Source: Flectonema sp. DT1601 (lineage: Eukaryota). Taken from it: a stretch of 64,000 nt of DNA. Numbering within the stretch: position 1 is the first letter of the stretch; each line of letters begins with the position of its first letter. Positions 46,601-57,351 of this stretch are shown here, piece by piece. A program made the translations under genes and the position numbers. The stretch lies in the NCBI GenBank assembly GCA_964019425.1, contig OZ025793.1, positions 372,001 to 436,000 on the forward strand, in the 5' to 3' direction. The notes beneath the pieces were generated by a model. That model was not told the DNA's origin and did not search any database. It saw only the letters and a list, made by a program, of their open reading frames with translations.

Positions 46601-47559
46601 ACAACCATCAAAAGATATCCAAATATCCAGTACTTAGTTGGTACTCTCCGATATCTACTGTTTTACCATTGGCTGTGAGTCCAACTATTAGTCACCTTCC
46701 AGCGTTATCAAGTGGATCTACTTCATTATTTAGTGGTTCATCGAGTTTTAATAGGAGTCTGTTAACGACACCAGGATCACCTTTAAACAATACTCGAGAT
46801 GTTTTGTTGCAAAAAATTCAATCTTCTCATGTGCAGTTGGCTCAAGTCAATCATCATTTGTTTTTACAGCAGCAAGAGATTGAAAATTCTCAAAGGCTTC
46901 TTGAGATAACAAGAAAACGAGAACAGTCAGCAACGAATATTGAAAAACAGAGAAGTGGTGTTGGAAGAAGAAATTCAAAATCAGCATTACGAAGAACATC
47001 AAAAATAAAATACTTAGTAACAACAGACGAAGTTGTTGTCAGATCAACCATCACTTGGGATGAAGAACTACAAAGAGAGACTCTATTGTTATATCGTCCT
47101 GTCAGTGTTATCCAAGTATCTACATTACCTCCTCCAACTCAATCACATCCATTAACGCTCCACTGTGTTAGGAATAACGGTCGTACTATAAAACCGTTAA
47201 AAAGAAATCTACTTGAGAAATCTCGTCGTTTGGATTTATCAAACAAGGGACTCACTGATGTGTCAGTTTACCCTGTCGTGAAGTTATTAAAAGGAGATCA
47301 TCAGATTAGAGAATTAATTCTCGACAGTAACAACATCACCGACTCTACTTGTTGTGAAATAGCTGAACTGCTTGATTCAAACAACACTCTTGAAACTTTA
47401 TCATTTCGAGATAATGAAGCTATCACGAATGAGAGCGCTGAACAGATTCTTAATTTAATTAAAAATAGGAATTCTTCACTTCGGATTGTTGACTTCACTC
47501 ACACTTCTGTGAGTCAAAATCAAATATTACGAGTGAAGTCAGCTCTTAAATCATCTTGA
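43624..47559 (+). CDS. Multi-IQ calmodulin-binding protein with C-terminal RI-like leucine-rich repeats
   Basis: About 19 IQxxxR(G)-type motifs; LDLSNKGLTD, LILDSNNITD, LSFRDNEAIT. Confidence 0.85.
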   Translation: MTLEVASNGKRYESLILLQTVLSSCKDNQSLTAIDVLLKATVNDINTFSSLEILQLASSGCYDLTAVNTLLSITSSPPCNSNYNNEYLYCLEILRTVVAEGCSDLTAVISLLSSYDHLPHLGILQSIVEAECLNLSGVNSLLEFVKHQQSQPNGNVSRLVNTYETGGPKQQLDSRKIIKTTESVSKLRNVYEPAAVSQHSEPVLVSLNSGWLEKTDEDNKKYRLWNSILAEYSDRRYLEFVSNSVLNKSFDFLDKLSYLSRSSLTSSNKMRRNSSRRKSVSIKNPTEEDYATTDARDGLKDGLHGVWDSLIKQHVGDVSELSYLAFVSQETSLLKQMSEISIAQPQQSVGAVEMNLIKKSIEDEYSVDVDFKFLNFIARCLPSDDSILRRTADRYSVRGDEELLFAIRILSQTPPQNYNNLSSLADSLEKGSGIDQVLTTPGMDFNLLSALNILCETDARTKLENRCITTLQRMGAACNSRSFLRMHHSAKTIQRFVRYRHSKQRHSVMKLYKTVLKATQKLKALLHGRTTRQAIQHRHTAAVIIQNRWRVCGPRIAFVRYINRRKYAALQIQKNYRRYSAQLRVQKLISHRSRLVGKALVIQRIYRGFASRKRIKELTSSAAKIQKIFKGHAVREANKTAAIHRKASTSIQKWWRTVYLKYKNTSSTQIQRVWRGSKQRSINKVIKLAVLTIQRAVRTLASMNLMYNMLFIVKTDKATLIQACVRRHIVRRNIRRRYCAARKIQDVVRRFVKRKKISSAILIQKTFRSYVERNATHSKRANLRMTKQEIRQQESILLVQKWFRGAKSRRILNQQQEAARTIQRCTRMHQAGLNTHVKRVIFNLSAGLIQACWRARPDRMMIQSWKRAAVTIQKVTRSHLARQHILRKRDAAYVIQIQYRYFRIVRNRQLAFASIEHDQQQQASICIQTGIRGFLARKTKAYKNCEKQEETKLEIEKMRHRERCAAATTIQSHWRGYSVRVWYEGRQTGLGDHNHQKISKYPVLSWYSPISTVLPLAVSPTISHLPALSSGSTSLFSGSSSFNRSLLTTPGSPLNNTRDVLLQKIQSSHVQLAQVNHHLFLQQQEIENSQRLLEITRKREQSATNIEKQRSGVGRRNSKSALRRTSKIKYLVTTDEVVVRSTITWDEELQRETLLLYRPVSVIQVSTLPPPTQSHPLTLHCVRNNGRTIKPLKRNLLEKSRRLDLSNKGLTDVSVYPVVKLLKGDHQIRELILDSNNITDSTCCEIAELLDSNNTLETLSFRDNEAITNESAEQILNLIKNRNSSLRIVDFTHTSVSQNQILRVKSALKSS

Positions 47560-47853
47560 TAACATAGATGGAAGTGCCCTACAATTTGGAGGGTATAGTG
47601 ATCTATAGTTTTTACATGTATTTCAATTCACTATTTTTTTTTTTCCACTATTTTTTTTATTTTTTTTGTTTAAGCACAACTCTTTTCAGAGTTGCGTGTT
47701 TACAAGACCTGTTGTGGTGTTTTCACATCGATTTTCTTTTGCTTTTTCTTTTTTTTCTTCTCTCCCCCTTCGGAGAAAAGCAAGTCAGTATACTTTAATC
47801 ATATTCCACATTACAGTATTACACAAAAGACCCAAACCTTTTAATATAGAAAC

Positions 47854-48521
47854 ATGACTTCCGTAGCGCAGACTGATGAACGCATTACCCGGAGAAAGAA
47901 GAACAGAGCCCCAGCAATGTCTTTGACTTCACTCGACCTGAAGGGGGAGTTGCCTCCATTTTTTACTTTTGTTGTTGAAGATAGACTTGCAGCTTGTGGT
48001 GATTTCGATCCTGACAAAGTAGCTGACCAGTTAAAAAATTTAGCTGGAAGAAGAGTTGGAGGTGTGATTTCATTAACAGAAGGTTGTTCATGTGCAACAG
48101 CTTTAGAAGCGCCGCTCTTTGAAAGTTCTATTGAGCTTCTCCATTTACCAACTGAGGATTTGACCCCCCCAACACTTAGCGATCTACAGAGGGGTGTAGA
48201 GTTTATTAGTCGAGTATGTGTTGTTATTTATATTTGTCAGCTGTTAACAAAATTAATTAACAAAAAAAAACAAAAAAAAAAAAAAAACAGCTCAATACGG
48301 AAAACAAGGCAGTCGTCGTTCACTGTGCAAAAGGAATCGGTCGAACTGGTACAATGTTGGGTGCATATTTTATTATTATCGAAAGGCTTTCTGCATTCGC
48401 TGCTATTCAGCATGTGAGAGACCGTCGGCCTGGTTCCATTCACAAAAAGAATCAAGAAGCAATCTTATACGATCTTGAAGAACTGGTCTTGGGGAGGTGT
48501 TCCAGACCTGCTGAGTTCTGA
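47854..48521 (+). CDS. Small dual-specificity phosphatase (DUSP23/CDC14-like); exons 47854-48213 and 48291-48521
   Basis: LHLPTEDLTPPT acid loop. Removing the GT-AG intron 48214-48290 gives VVVHCAKGIGRTG (CX5R) and VRDRRPGSI...Q. Confidence 0.92.
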
Positions 48522-49398
48522 GATCTTTGGTCAAAAAAAAAAATAAAAGTCTTTTTGTGTTTTCATTCTCTTTTCTGGTGACATGTCTCATGCTAAGGCT
48601 CACCCTTCTTGTTTTTATTAATCACCAGATAGCATGCGAGACCCGAATTACTACTGACTACTTCCTGTCTCATGCCATCGGTGGGTGGTAGGCATGTGAG
48701 ACCCCATACTGATGTTATGCTTTTGTGGGGAAGTTCGTCTGTTTAAGTTGTCGTACTCTGAGGTAGTGAGTTGTATGTTTCTGACGAAGCGGGTTTCTTG
48801 TCTCGTGCCCACAGACTCTGGGGCTATGGGAGGATTGCTAGTCTTTATCTGGTCGTTTGTTGCTTTAAAAAAAAAAAGAAAAAATAAAGGTTATTAAAGA
48901 CCACGTCGTTGGTTCCTTTATCAAGGAGAATACTGTTATTTAGCTTCTTAGCATTTAGTCAAGATCCCTTTCTTTTGTTGTGTTTTTTCATCTTATTTTT
49001 TCTTCTTCTTCTCTCTCTTTGTATGCTGGCAGTTTGCACATCACACTGCTCCTCCCACAGACTGGTTGCGTGATTGTAGATGCCACCAGCGACAATTTTT
49101 TATTTTTCCTAGTTTCTTCAAATTGCTTTATTTGCAATTAAAGTATCAAAAATACTTCCCCACCCGATTCAATGTATGATTCGGCATCCATATGTATTAG
49201 TGGTAGTGATTTTTACATCGACCCAATAAAAAACCCTTCTCCTGAATGTATTTTTTCGATTTACTATTATTAATTATTAATTATTATTATTATTAAAGAG
49301 AGATGGTGTGATGCCCCTCTAATTCTCATCCCGCCCTTCAGTTTACCTTTTCTCCCCTCTACTGTCTATTGCGAAGAGAAATGTCGTGGAGAATAGGG

Positions 49399-49434
<36 letters not shown>

Positions 49435-49822
49435 AACCCGACTGCTCTGCAGAGTCAAAGAGAGTAAAAAAAAAAAACAATTTTGAGTAAAACATAAGAC
49501 TGAGACATAGCGTCTATTGGTGTTGTTGTTATACGGCTATACGAGGGTTTCCTTCGCTGAATACCCTTTCTTTTTGTATTACCATTTCTTTGATTGTACT
49601 CTTTGTGTCCCATCTGTTCAAATTATTTTTATCATTTTAAACTTCAAGCCTTTCCAACTTGTAGTATTGTGGTCTTAGATATTTCTATCGGCATTGCATA
49701 TTTTACTTTTTTTTAAAGTATAACAACCTTGGGTCCTCTGTCGCTGTGAGTTACCTCCTTAGAGTACTCACACTGTACAGCAACGTTAACTTTGATGGCA
49801 ATACGAGCTAAGACTAGATTTG

Positions 49823-49853
<31 letters not shown>

Positions 49854-50438
49854 GAACTCCATAACTTTCCGCCATATTAATCTGTTTATTATTTTTATTT
49901 TTACCCCCCAATTGGAATGAATGTATTTTCCTGACCTCTAATAGATAAGTTTCCGTTTTATTTTTTTTTCTCCCTTCCTTCCCCTCCTTTATTTTCAGTT
50001 TTGCAGTTTTGGTTACTTTGAAGAAAATATCTCATTTCTGTTTTGGGAGGAGGCTTCACAGGACGTCGTATTTTTGTTTTATGCGATGATTACTTTGATT
50101 CACATTATTGTTTGGACACAATATACCAAACTGAATCAAGTTTTTTACCATCCCGTCAGAGTTTTACGTTTTACGTTTTTTTTTTTTTGAAAATTGTAAA
50201 TTATTATTTTTTATTTTTTATTTTTTTTTTGAATTTTTCCTGTCTTTTCTTAGACAGTCGTTTATTGAGAAACATTGTTGCTTTTTCTTTGTAAGCAACA
50301 AAAAAAAAAAAAAAAAAAAAAACTTTACAACAAATTGAAAAAAAAAAAACCTTCTTTTTTAGCTTTAGTATTAAGTCGGTTTCGTGCAAAAAAAAAAAAA
50401 AAAACGACAAATCAACACAACGTGTTATATTCCTCAAG

Positions 50439-50473
<35 letters not shown>

Positions 50474-51748
50474 AACCTTCATAGACTACACTAATAGTAC
50501 GAATTTCTTTTTTTTGAATATTTCTCAAGCGTTACGTACTTGAGACGAGATAACAGTTTTAAATCGATATCTGTAGTTTGCTGTGTCAGTGATGCATAAT
50601 ATCTAAATCACAATCAAGCATTCTTTTCTACACATTCTGTCAAGATCGATTCTCTCCCTCGTCGAATTATTTTTTTTTCTTTGTAGTTCGACGAAAACCT
50701 TTCTTTCCGCATCTTCGATGCGTATTCTGAACAAAAACTAACTAAGTACGGTAATCCTACTGGTTGAAATAGAACTGCTGATAAATTCGAATTATAAAAA
50801 AAAAAAATAATAATAACTAGAATGAAAGCAAAAACCGCAAAAAGGTAAAATCAGATTACTATCTGAGACTAACGTATTCCATAATAGGTAAAAACGGAAA
50901 AAGTAGAACAATTCCGTGTGTGTGTGTTATTTTTTTTTTTTTTGTATCTTGATTTAATGCACTATATTATAACAAAAAAAAAAAAAAAAAGAAACATTTT
51001 GGATGAGATGATCCTGTTTTTTTTTTTTAGATATCAAAAAAAAAAAAAAAAAAAAAAACGAATGTAAAAGTATATAATATAGCGTGCAGCAATACAAAAA
51101 AAAAAAAAAAAAGTATTTCTCTCATCCCCTCGAAAATTAAAAAAACATAAAAAAAAAAAATCAATTTACCCATCCTTAGTATATATTTGGTGTTAATTTC
51201 CTCGGGATTACGATCTCGATTCTGTACCTATTGTTATGTGAACTGAATTATGAACTGGCTTTTTTTTTTTTTTTTTTTTTGATAATGTGACCTCTTTTTT
51301 TCATTTCTACCTCGACATCTGTTTTCGTTGTATTATAGCCGAAAGGGAAAAAAAAAAAAAAAAATATTGTGAGCGCGCTGCTGTAGTTGAAAAATTGATG
51401 TTGGCCCCCCCCCCGTCTTACACTGAGGTATTATAAATCGCTGTTTTTTATTATCATTTTATTGTATTTGCCTGAGAACTTGTTATTCTGGAGAGCCGAT
51501 CAACTGCGCTTCCGTATTCAACGATAAGGCAGCTTAGAAGAAGGAAAAAAGAAGAAGAAAATAAAATGAACCAGATTGATGATGTGTTTTATTTCGTTTT
51601 TTCCTCTTCGGAATATTATTTATAATTTATTATTATTTTTGTAGAATCAAGAATCATCTGTTTTTTTTTTTTTTTTTTTTTTTTAGAAGTTAAAAATTAA
51701 TTTTATGTAAGAAAGCTGTCACCCCTTATGATTATTGCTGTACAGGTT

Positions 51749-52360
51749 TTGTTGACATTTTCAACAACTCTGACTCTGACTATGGGTGATAAGGACAATC
51801 TAGTAGTCTATGCGCGGTACATCTGACCCGTCACATTATGGTTGCTACTAGACACCTTTCCCTCAGACTAGTACTTTACTTTGCAGATCCCACAGAATCC
51901 CCTTAACCTCTTCGCTGAAGAGGGTTGGGTAAGGGGATCTCTTACAATTATTCGATTTCAATTATTTTATATTATTTTATAACGATACCAGTCGACTTCT
52001 CAATGGTGTATCGTCGGAGTCTTGTAGGTTTTCAACAGTCTCCATGGTTGAGATTGTTACGAATAGCCTACTGGTTAACAACTTTGTTGACATTTCAACT
52101 CTTCTTTCTGGTTTGTCCTAAAAATTGGACATTAAAACTCTTGTTTAAAAAAATTTTTTTTTAAAAAAAAAGAAACAAAATAAACAACTGATCAAGTCTT
52201 ACATACGCAGCTTGTTGACGTTTCAACAAATGCAAAAGCTGCACCGCAACTTGACAAGATCCACAGTTGCGTTGACATTTCAACATCTGTACGCAGCAGT
52301 ACTACTGGAGTGTAATTATTTATTAATTTTCAAAATGTCAGCTTGTTGACATTTCAACGA
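51749..52360. repeat. Five copies of the palindromic motif GTTGAC(A/G)TTT(T)CAAC
   Basis: At about 51751, 52086, 52214, 52271 and 52345. Confidence 0.75.
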
Positions 52361-53026
52361 TGACTGTCCTTATTAACAAATCATCTTTAATATTGTTTTA
52401 AGTTTATAGTGATGAACCTCATTACGAATATAATATGATCGGCAATTAATCACCTTGGTCATGGTCTTCCTATTTGTCAGTTGATGCTTTTTATTTTTTT
52501 TAAAGCTTCACTGTTAAGCCATTGAATATTTGCTATTCTTCTTAGGCACTCTGTCTAGTGAGAAGGGGTTGTTAGTGAGAAAAAAGCAGTTTAGTAATTC
52601 CCTGATTGCTGAAGAAGAAATAGTTTATTTTCGGATTATTTTATCTCTCTCTTCCTGCTGCACCGTCTTGCCCCGTACACATGAGAAAGGCTTTCTTTCT
52701 TTTTCAACCGAAGGCCGTCTCTCTCTTTTGGTTTTGTTTCTATTTCCCTTTTAGTTCATCACCCCTACCAGTTCAGTCAAAAACAGAGTTGGTTTTCCTT
52801 TGTTTTGCTACACTTTCTGGTGTCCACATTGTCTGATTAAAAAAAAATTATTAAATTCAATTTTTTTTAATTTTTATTTCCTCACAGGACCTGCCATATA
52901 AACCATCACGACAACAAGGATCTTCTGATAGACTTACCTCTCATTCAGTCATTCACTACTATTGTAATGAATATTTTATTTAACTTATTTTTTTGTATCA
53001 GGGGAATCGGAGGAGAGGGTGTGAAG

Positions 53027-55582
53027 ATGGACCCTGAGAAGACTGCGCTGCTCACTAGTACGCCAAAGAACTACAATTCCTTTGCAAGACAGAAATGGAG
53101 TATTGTAACCATACCTGGAATGATACCATCGAGAAGTGATCACGAAGTTGAATTACCCAGACCTGAGAATGGAGAAGGTGTTCGTGATTTTGAATTTCAC
53201 GATTTCATCGAAGACCAAAAGTGGTCAGCTATCGACCACGAACGAGTCGTTAGAGACGTTCGTGGAACTATAGCTGAGGCATGGTACAAAGTACAAGGAT
53301 GGGTAGCTGTCATATTAATTGGAATACTCGTCGGTACCATCGGTTCGATGATCCACATCAGTACTTTATGGGTTCACGGTCTCACTCGTGGAGTCTGTGA
53401 AGATGCTTGGTACCTTCCAGGGATTTATTGTGAATATTTCCCGCTGGGGTTTCATCACTGGCCTCACGTACTTGGTTACACTCAAGGCACTCCTACATAT
53501 GATAGAATAGCAGCAATTATTTACACGACTACTTCATGTTTATTTACGACAGCTGCTAGTTATATTGTCTTAATAACATCAAAACAAGCTGCTGGGGCAG
53601 GCATTCCAGAAATAAAAGCAATCCTAGGCGGGGCTGAGATTTCTGGATTTGCGAGTATTCGAACAGGTCTGACGAAATGGACTGCACTTGTATTGGCAGT
53701 TGGGGGATCTTTATCAATAGGAAAGGCTGCTCCTCTAATGCATATTGCTTTTTGTATTGGATCAGCAGTAGCACGAAGATTTGATAAATATCGAACCTCA
53801 ATGGGTAAACAACGAGAGCTGTTAACAGCTGCAACCGCTGCTGGTGTTTGCGTTGCTTTTGGAGCTCCTCTCGGAGGTGTTTTATACGCTTTTGAAGAAA
53901 CTTCTTCGTTCTTTAACGCTCAAACCCTCTATAGATCATTCTTATGTAGCGTCACTGCTGGTGCGACTTTACAATTGTGGGATCCCTTCCGCCATGGGAA
54001 GTTAACTTTATTCAACGTCAACTACCACGTAACGTGGAATATGTGGGAAATTCCATTATTTATGATTGTTGGTATTTGTGGTGGTGTTGTTGGTTACTGC
54101 TTCAACACTCTACATTTACAAGTAGCAACATGGAGGAGACAACGAAGGATGCATCCGGTGTTGGAAGTCTTTTTGGTAACGATCTTGACGTGTGTTCTTC
54201 AAGTTATATTTCTACCAAAAGGGTTTTATAGAACTGATGCTGAGTATCTTCAGCTTCTGTTCAGACATTGTGATCCCAGACAGATGATGGTTGACGATAC
54301 TCAGTGTCCTATTAATAGCAGCCTCGCGATAAAAATTGGAATCCTGAAATTCTTTTTAACCGCACTGTCATTCGGTATGTTAGTGCCAGCGGGTTTATTT
54401 ATGCCGAACTTGGTGATTGGAGGATGCCTTGGTTGGTTTATTGGAAACCAAATTGATAATTTCATCGAAAGCAATCCCTTCGGCATCGGAGCCTTCACTA
54501 CCTGCACAGCTATTGATTCAGACTGTGTCGTTCCTTCTATTTATGCTTTGGTTGGAGCAGCTTCATTGATGTGTGGAGTAAATAGAATGACTTTATCACT
54601 TGTCACGATTATGTTTGAGCTAACCGGTGGAATGGAATACATCATTCCAGTCACGATAGGTGTCATGTCAGCTAAATGGGTAGCTGAAGCTCTCGGAGGA
54701 AAGGAATCAATATATAATTTACTAATGGAAGTTAAAGGCCTTCCATTTTTAGATCCTCGTCTTGAAGGCGCGGTTGACAGTACATCCTCAGCAAGTATTT
54801 CAGACATTATGAGTATCGATTTGAGTGATGTGTTTTATTTGACAGAGAGAGCATCAATGAGGGAAGTACTTGATGCTTTGGACACAGATTCAATTGGGTT
54901 TCCAATAATAAAATCAGATCTTAATAAACAACTAGTTGGATACATAAGTAGACGACAGCTATCAATAGCACTTGAGGACCTCGATGATGAATTAGAATTT
55001 ATCAGAGCAACAGCAAATGATGATATTCCAGTTTTCTTTTCTGCAAGTATGGAGTTTTCTGGTGAGAATTCACCTCCAGAAACTCCGTTTTCACGTCTTC
55101 AGAGAACGCCGTCGATATTCTGTCAAACTCCCGGTGTTGAAACACCGAGTGGATCTCCTAAGTATGCCTATGACTTACACGGGTATGTTGATCTGTCTCC
55201 AATTACTGTTCATCCTCAGGTAGAAGTCAGTCGAGTTGTGATGTTGTTCAGACGTCTTGGATTATCAACTATTCTGGTTGTCGATCACTCAAACACGTTA
55301 TTAGGAAGGCTTACCAAGCTACGTGTTATTAATCACCTTCACCAAGTTCAAACAAAAAAAAACGATCCGATATTCGCATCGTGTCCTGGAAGTACAATCG
55401 ATTCCGTTGATCGTCCAAGAGGTGGATTTCATCAGTCAGAACTCGAATCAGAAATGGTTGGAAAAAAACATAAACTTCCAGCTCTTCCTCAAGGAGCAAT
55501 GGTAGTCAGAGCTCGAACCATAAGAAAATCAAGATCTGTCGCCAGCATATCATCCAGGCCTTCGATAGGTAGCCCCTTTTAG
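53027..55582 (+). CDS. CLC family anion channel/transporter (ClC-3/Gef1-like) with two CBS domains
   Basis: GAGIPEIK, GKAAPLMHI, FGAPLGGVLYAFEE, GLFMP, MFELTGG, SIYN and CBS pair. The start at 53027 is preferred over 52967. Confidence 0.93.
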   Translation: MDPEKTALLTSTPKNYNSFARQKWSIVTIPGMIPSRSDHEVELPRPENGEGVRDFEFHDFIEDQKWSAIDHERVVRDVRGTIAEAWYKVQGWVAVILIGILVGTIGSMIHISTLWVHGLTRGVCEDAWYLPGIYCEYFPLGFHHWPHVLGYTQGTPTYDRIAAIIYTTTSCLFTTAASYIVLITSKQAAGAGIPEIKAILGGAEISGFASIRTGLTKWTALVLAVGGSLSIGKAAPLMHIAFCIGSAVARRFDKYRTSMGKQRELLTAATAAGVCVAFGAPLGGVLYAFEETSSFFNAQTLYRSFLCSVTAGATLQLWDPFRHGKLTLFNVNYHVTWNMWEIPLFMIVGICGGVVGYCFNTLHLQVATWRRQRRMHPVLEVFLVTILTCVLQVIFLPKGFYRTDAEYLQLLFRHCDPRQMMVDDTQCPINSSLAIKIGILKFFLTALSFGMLVPAGLFMPNLVIGGCLGWFIGNQIDNFIESNPFGIGAFTTCTAIDSDCVVPSIYALVGAASLMCGVNRMTLSLVTIMFELTGGMEYIIPVTIGVMSAKWVAEALGGKESIYNLLMEVKGLPFLDPRLEGAVDSTSSASISDIMSIDLSDVFYLTERASMREVLDALDTDSIGFPIIKSDLNKQLVGYISRRQLSIALEDLDDELEFIRATANDDIPVFFSASMEFSGENSPPETPFSRLQRTPSIFCQTPGVETPSGSPKYAYDLHGYVDLSPITVHPQVEVSRVVMLFRRLGLSTILVVDHSNTLLGRLTKLRVINHLHQVQTKKNDPIFASCPGSTIDSVDRPRGGFHQSELESEMVGKKHKLPALPQGAMVVRARTIRKSRSVASISSRPSIGSPF

Positions 55583-55933
55583 TAGCACTTTTTCGACTGA
55601 TCTGTTAGTACCAAAAAAAAAAAAAAAAAAAAGTAAAAATAAGAATAGTAGCAACACTCAAAGTGGGAACTGAGCGTTCCATGTATTTATGTTTATTTGT
55701 TTTTTTAAAACTGAATTTAACTGTGGTGTTGGCTTCCAACCACATGTTTCTTTTTTTTTTTTTTTTAAATTATTATTATTATTATTAAAAATAAAAGATA
55801 ACTCTAAGCAATTGTTGTAAAAAAAAAAAATTTAAATTATTGTTGTTGTTAATATTTATATATTTACTTTCAACAGTTTCACGCAGGACATGTTTTTCGT
55901 TTACGTACTTCTTTAGATTAAACTATAACCAGA

Positions 55934-56848
55934 ATGAAAGGACGTTACGCATTCACACCAGAAGGTGCATCGCCATTGCAAGACTACGCGAGGCCGAAAC
56001 CACTTAGAAGATCAAAGAGCAGATCAGAAACACCAACAGAATGTATAAATGTTCACGTTGGTTGTATGGAACAAATTCGTAGTCTGAGTGAAGAAATAGA
56101 AAGAATGAAAGCAGAACACGCGTCTAATCTAGAAGAATGCGAAGCAGCTATCATATCATTACGCGATGACTTGAGTAATAAAACTACCCAACTCCAGCAG
56201 TCAGAAGATGCAAAAATGAACCTTATCAAAAGAGTTGAACGTCAAAATGAAAAAATGAAAATTATTTTAGAAACAACTGAATTGGAGATGGGCAGACTTC
56301 ACACCACGATAGCCGAACAGGATGACGACCTGCGACACTTCAAAGGTGAGAGAGTAATTCTGAATGGTCATTTAAATACAATACAATCAGCATGTGATAA
56401 TGTATTACCGCAACAAGAAGAGGATCGGCTACCACTAAAATCAGGCATCATCAATGTAGCAGAATTGGCAGTTTTTTCCGTTGAAAATGTTTGCAACTTC
56501 ACAATGGAACTCAGAGACAGTTTATCAGCTACAGAACAAGCCCTCGCTAGTACTGAAAGTGAAGGAAATGCACAAGTTGAACAGTTCTCTGCTACAATCA
56601 GTTCGCTGAAGTCGCAAGTTGATTACCTCGAAAATATTTTATCTCGTACATCTGCATCCAAAGACTCTGAAATAGATCGGTTAAAGTCTGCTTATAAAAA
56701 ACTTCTCGACAGTAAGAATTCACCTGCTCCTTACAGTCCTGACAGAAGTAGATCAAAATCACCTGAAGCTTCTCCGCGAAATCCGAACCCCTGGATTCCA
56801 ACTGGAGGAGGTTATCCTTATCAGGCAGGTCAACCTCTTAGCAGGTGA
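55934..56848 (+). CDS. Coiled-coil protein of unknown function
   Basis: 304-aa ORF rich in E/Q/L heptads with SR/SP-rich ends. Confidence 0.75.
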   Translation: MKGRYAFTPEGASPLQDYARPKPLRRSKSRSETPTECINVHVGCMEQIRSLSEEIERMKAEHASNLEECEAAIISLRDDLSNKTTQLQQSEDAKMNLIKRVERQNEKMKIILETTELEMGRLHTTIAEQDDDLRHFKGERVILNGHLNTIQSACDNVLPQQEEDRLPLKSGIINVAELAVFSVENVCNFTMELRDSLSATEQALASTESEGNAQVEQFSATISSLKSQVDYLENILSRTSASKDSEIDRLKSAYKKLLDSKNSPAPYSPDRSRSKSPEASPRNPNPWIPTGGGYPYQAGQPLSR

Positions 56849-57351
56849 GATTAGTCTGTCTATTCTGATTCTAATTCACCCTTATTGTTGTTATTGTAAC
56901 CCTATTTGTTGTGATGTTTGTATTGAGAGTGTTGTTGTTCTTATTTACTTTAATACAGGTTTTGATAAATAATATAATCGGTTCAACGTGTTGGGTTTTT
57001 AATTATCTCACTTTTCAGTATCCTTCTCACAACGAAGAAGATGGAGATGTATGTTGAGAGAAGTGGGAAATCGGGATTTAACTTATACTCCGATTCTAAT
57101 TCTAAGCAACAGATTAACTCTACTGACGAGCAGACTACTTCTGCTGATATTAAATATAATGAGGTTGACAATAAACTGATAGAGAAAAAAGTCTGATTAG
57201 GTTCCGTTGTCAGCGTCCGCTAACCCTCCCTGGCCCTGTTATCTCTTTAATTAAGAGATGGTATATTGTTTAACTTATATTGTTCATTGTAGAAATTATC
57301 TTATGTTATGTTAACAGCTCACTACTTTTTTTTTTTTGTTTTATAAAAAAA

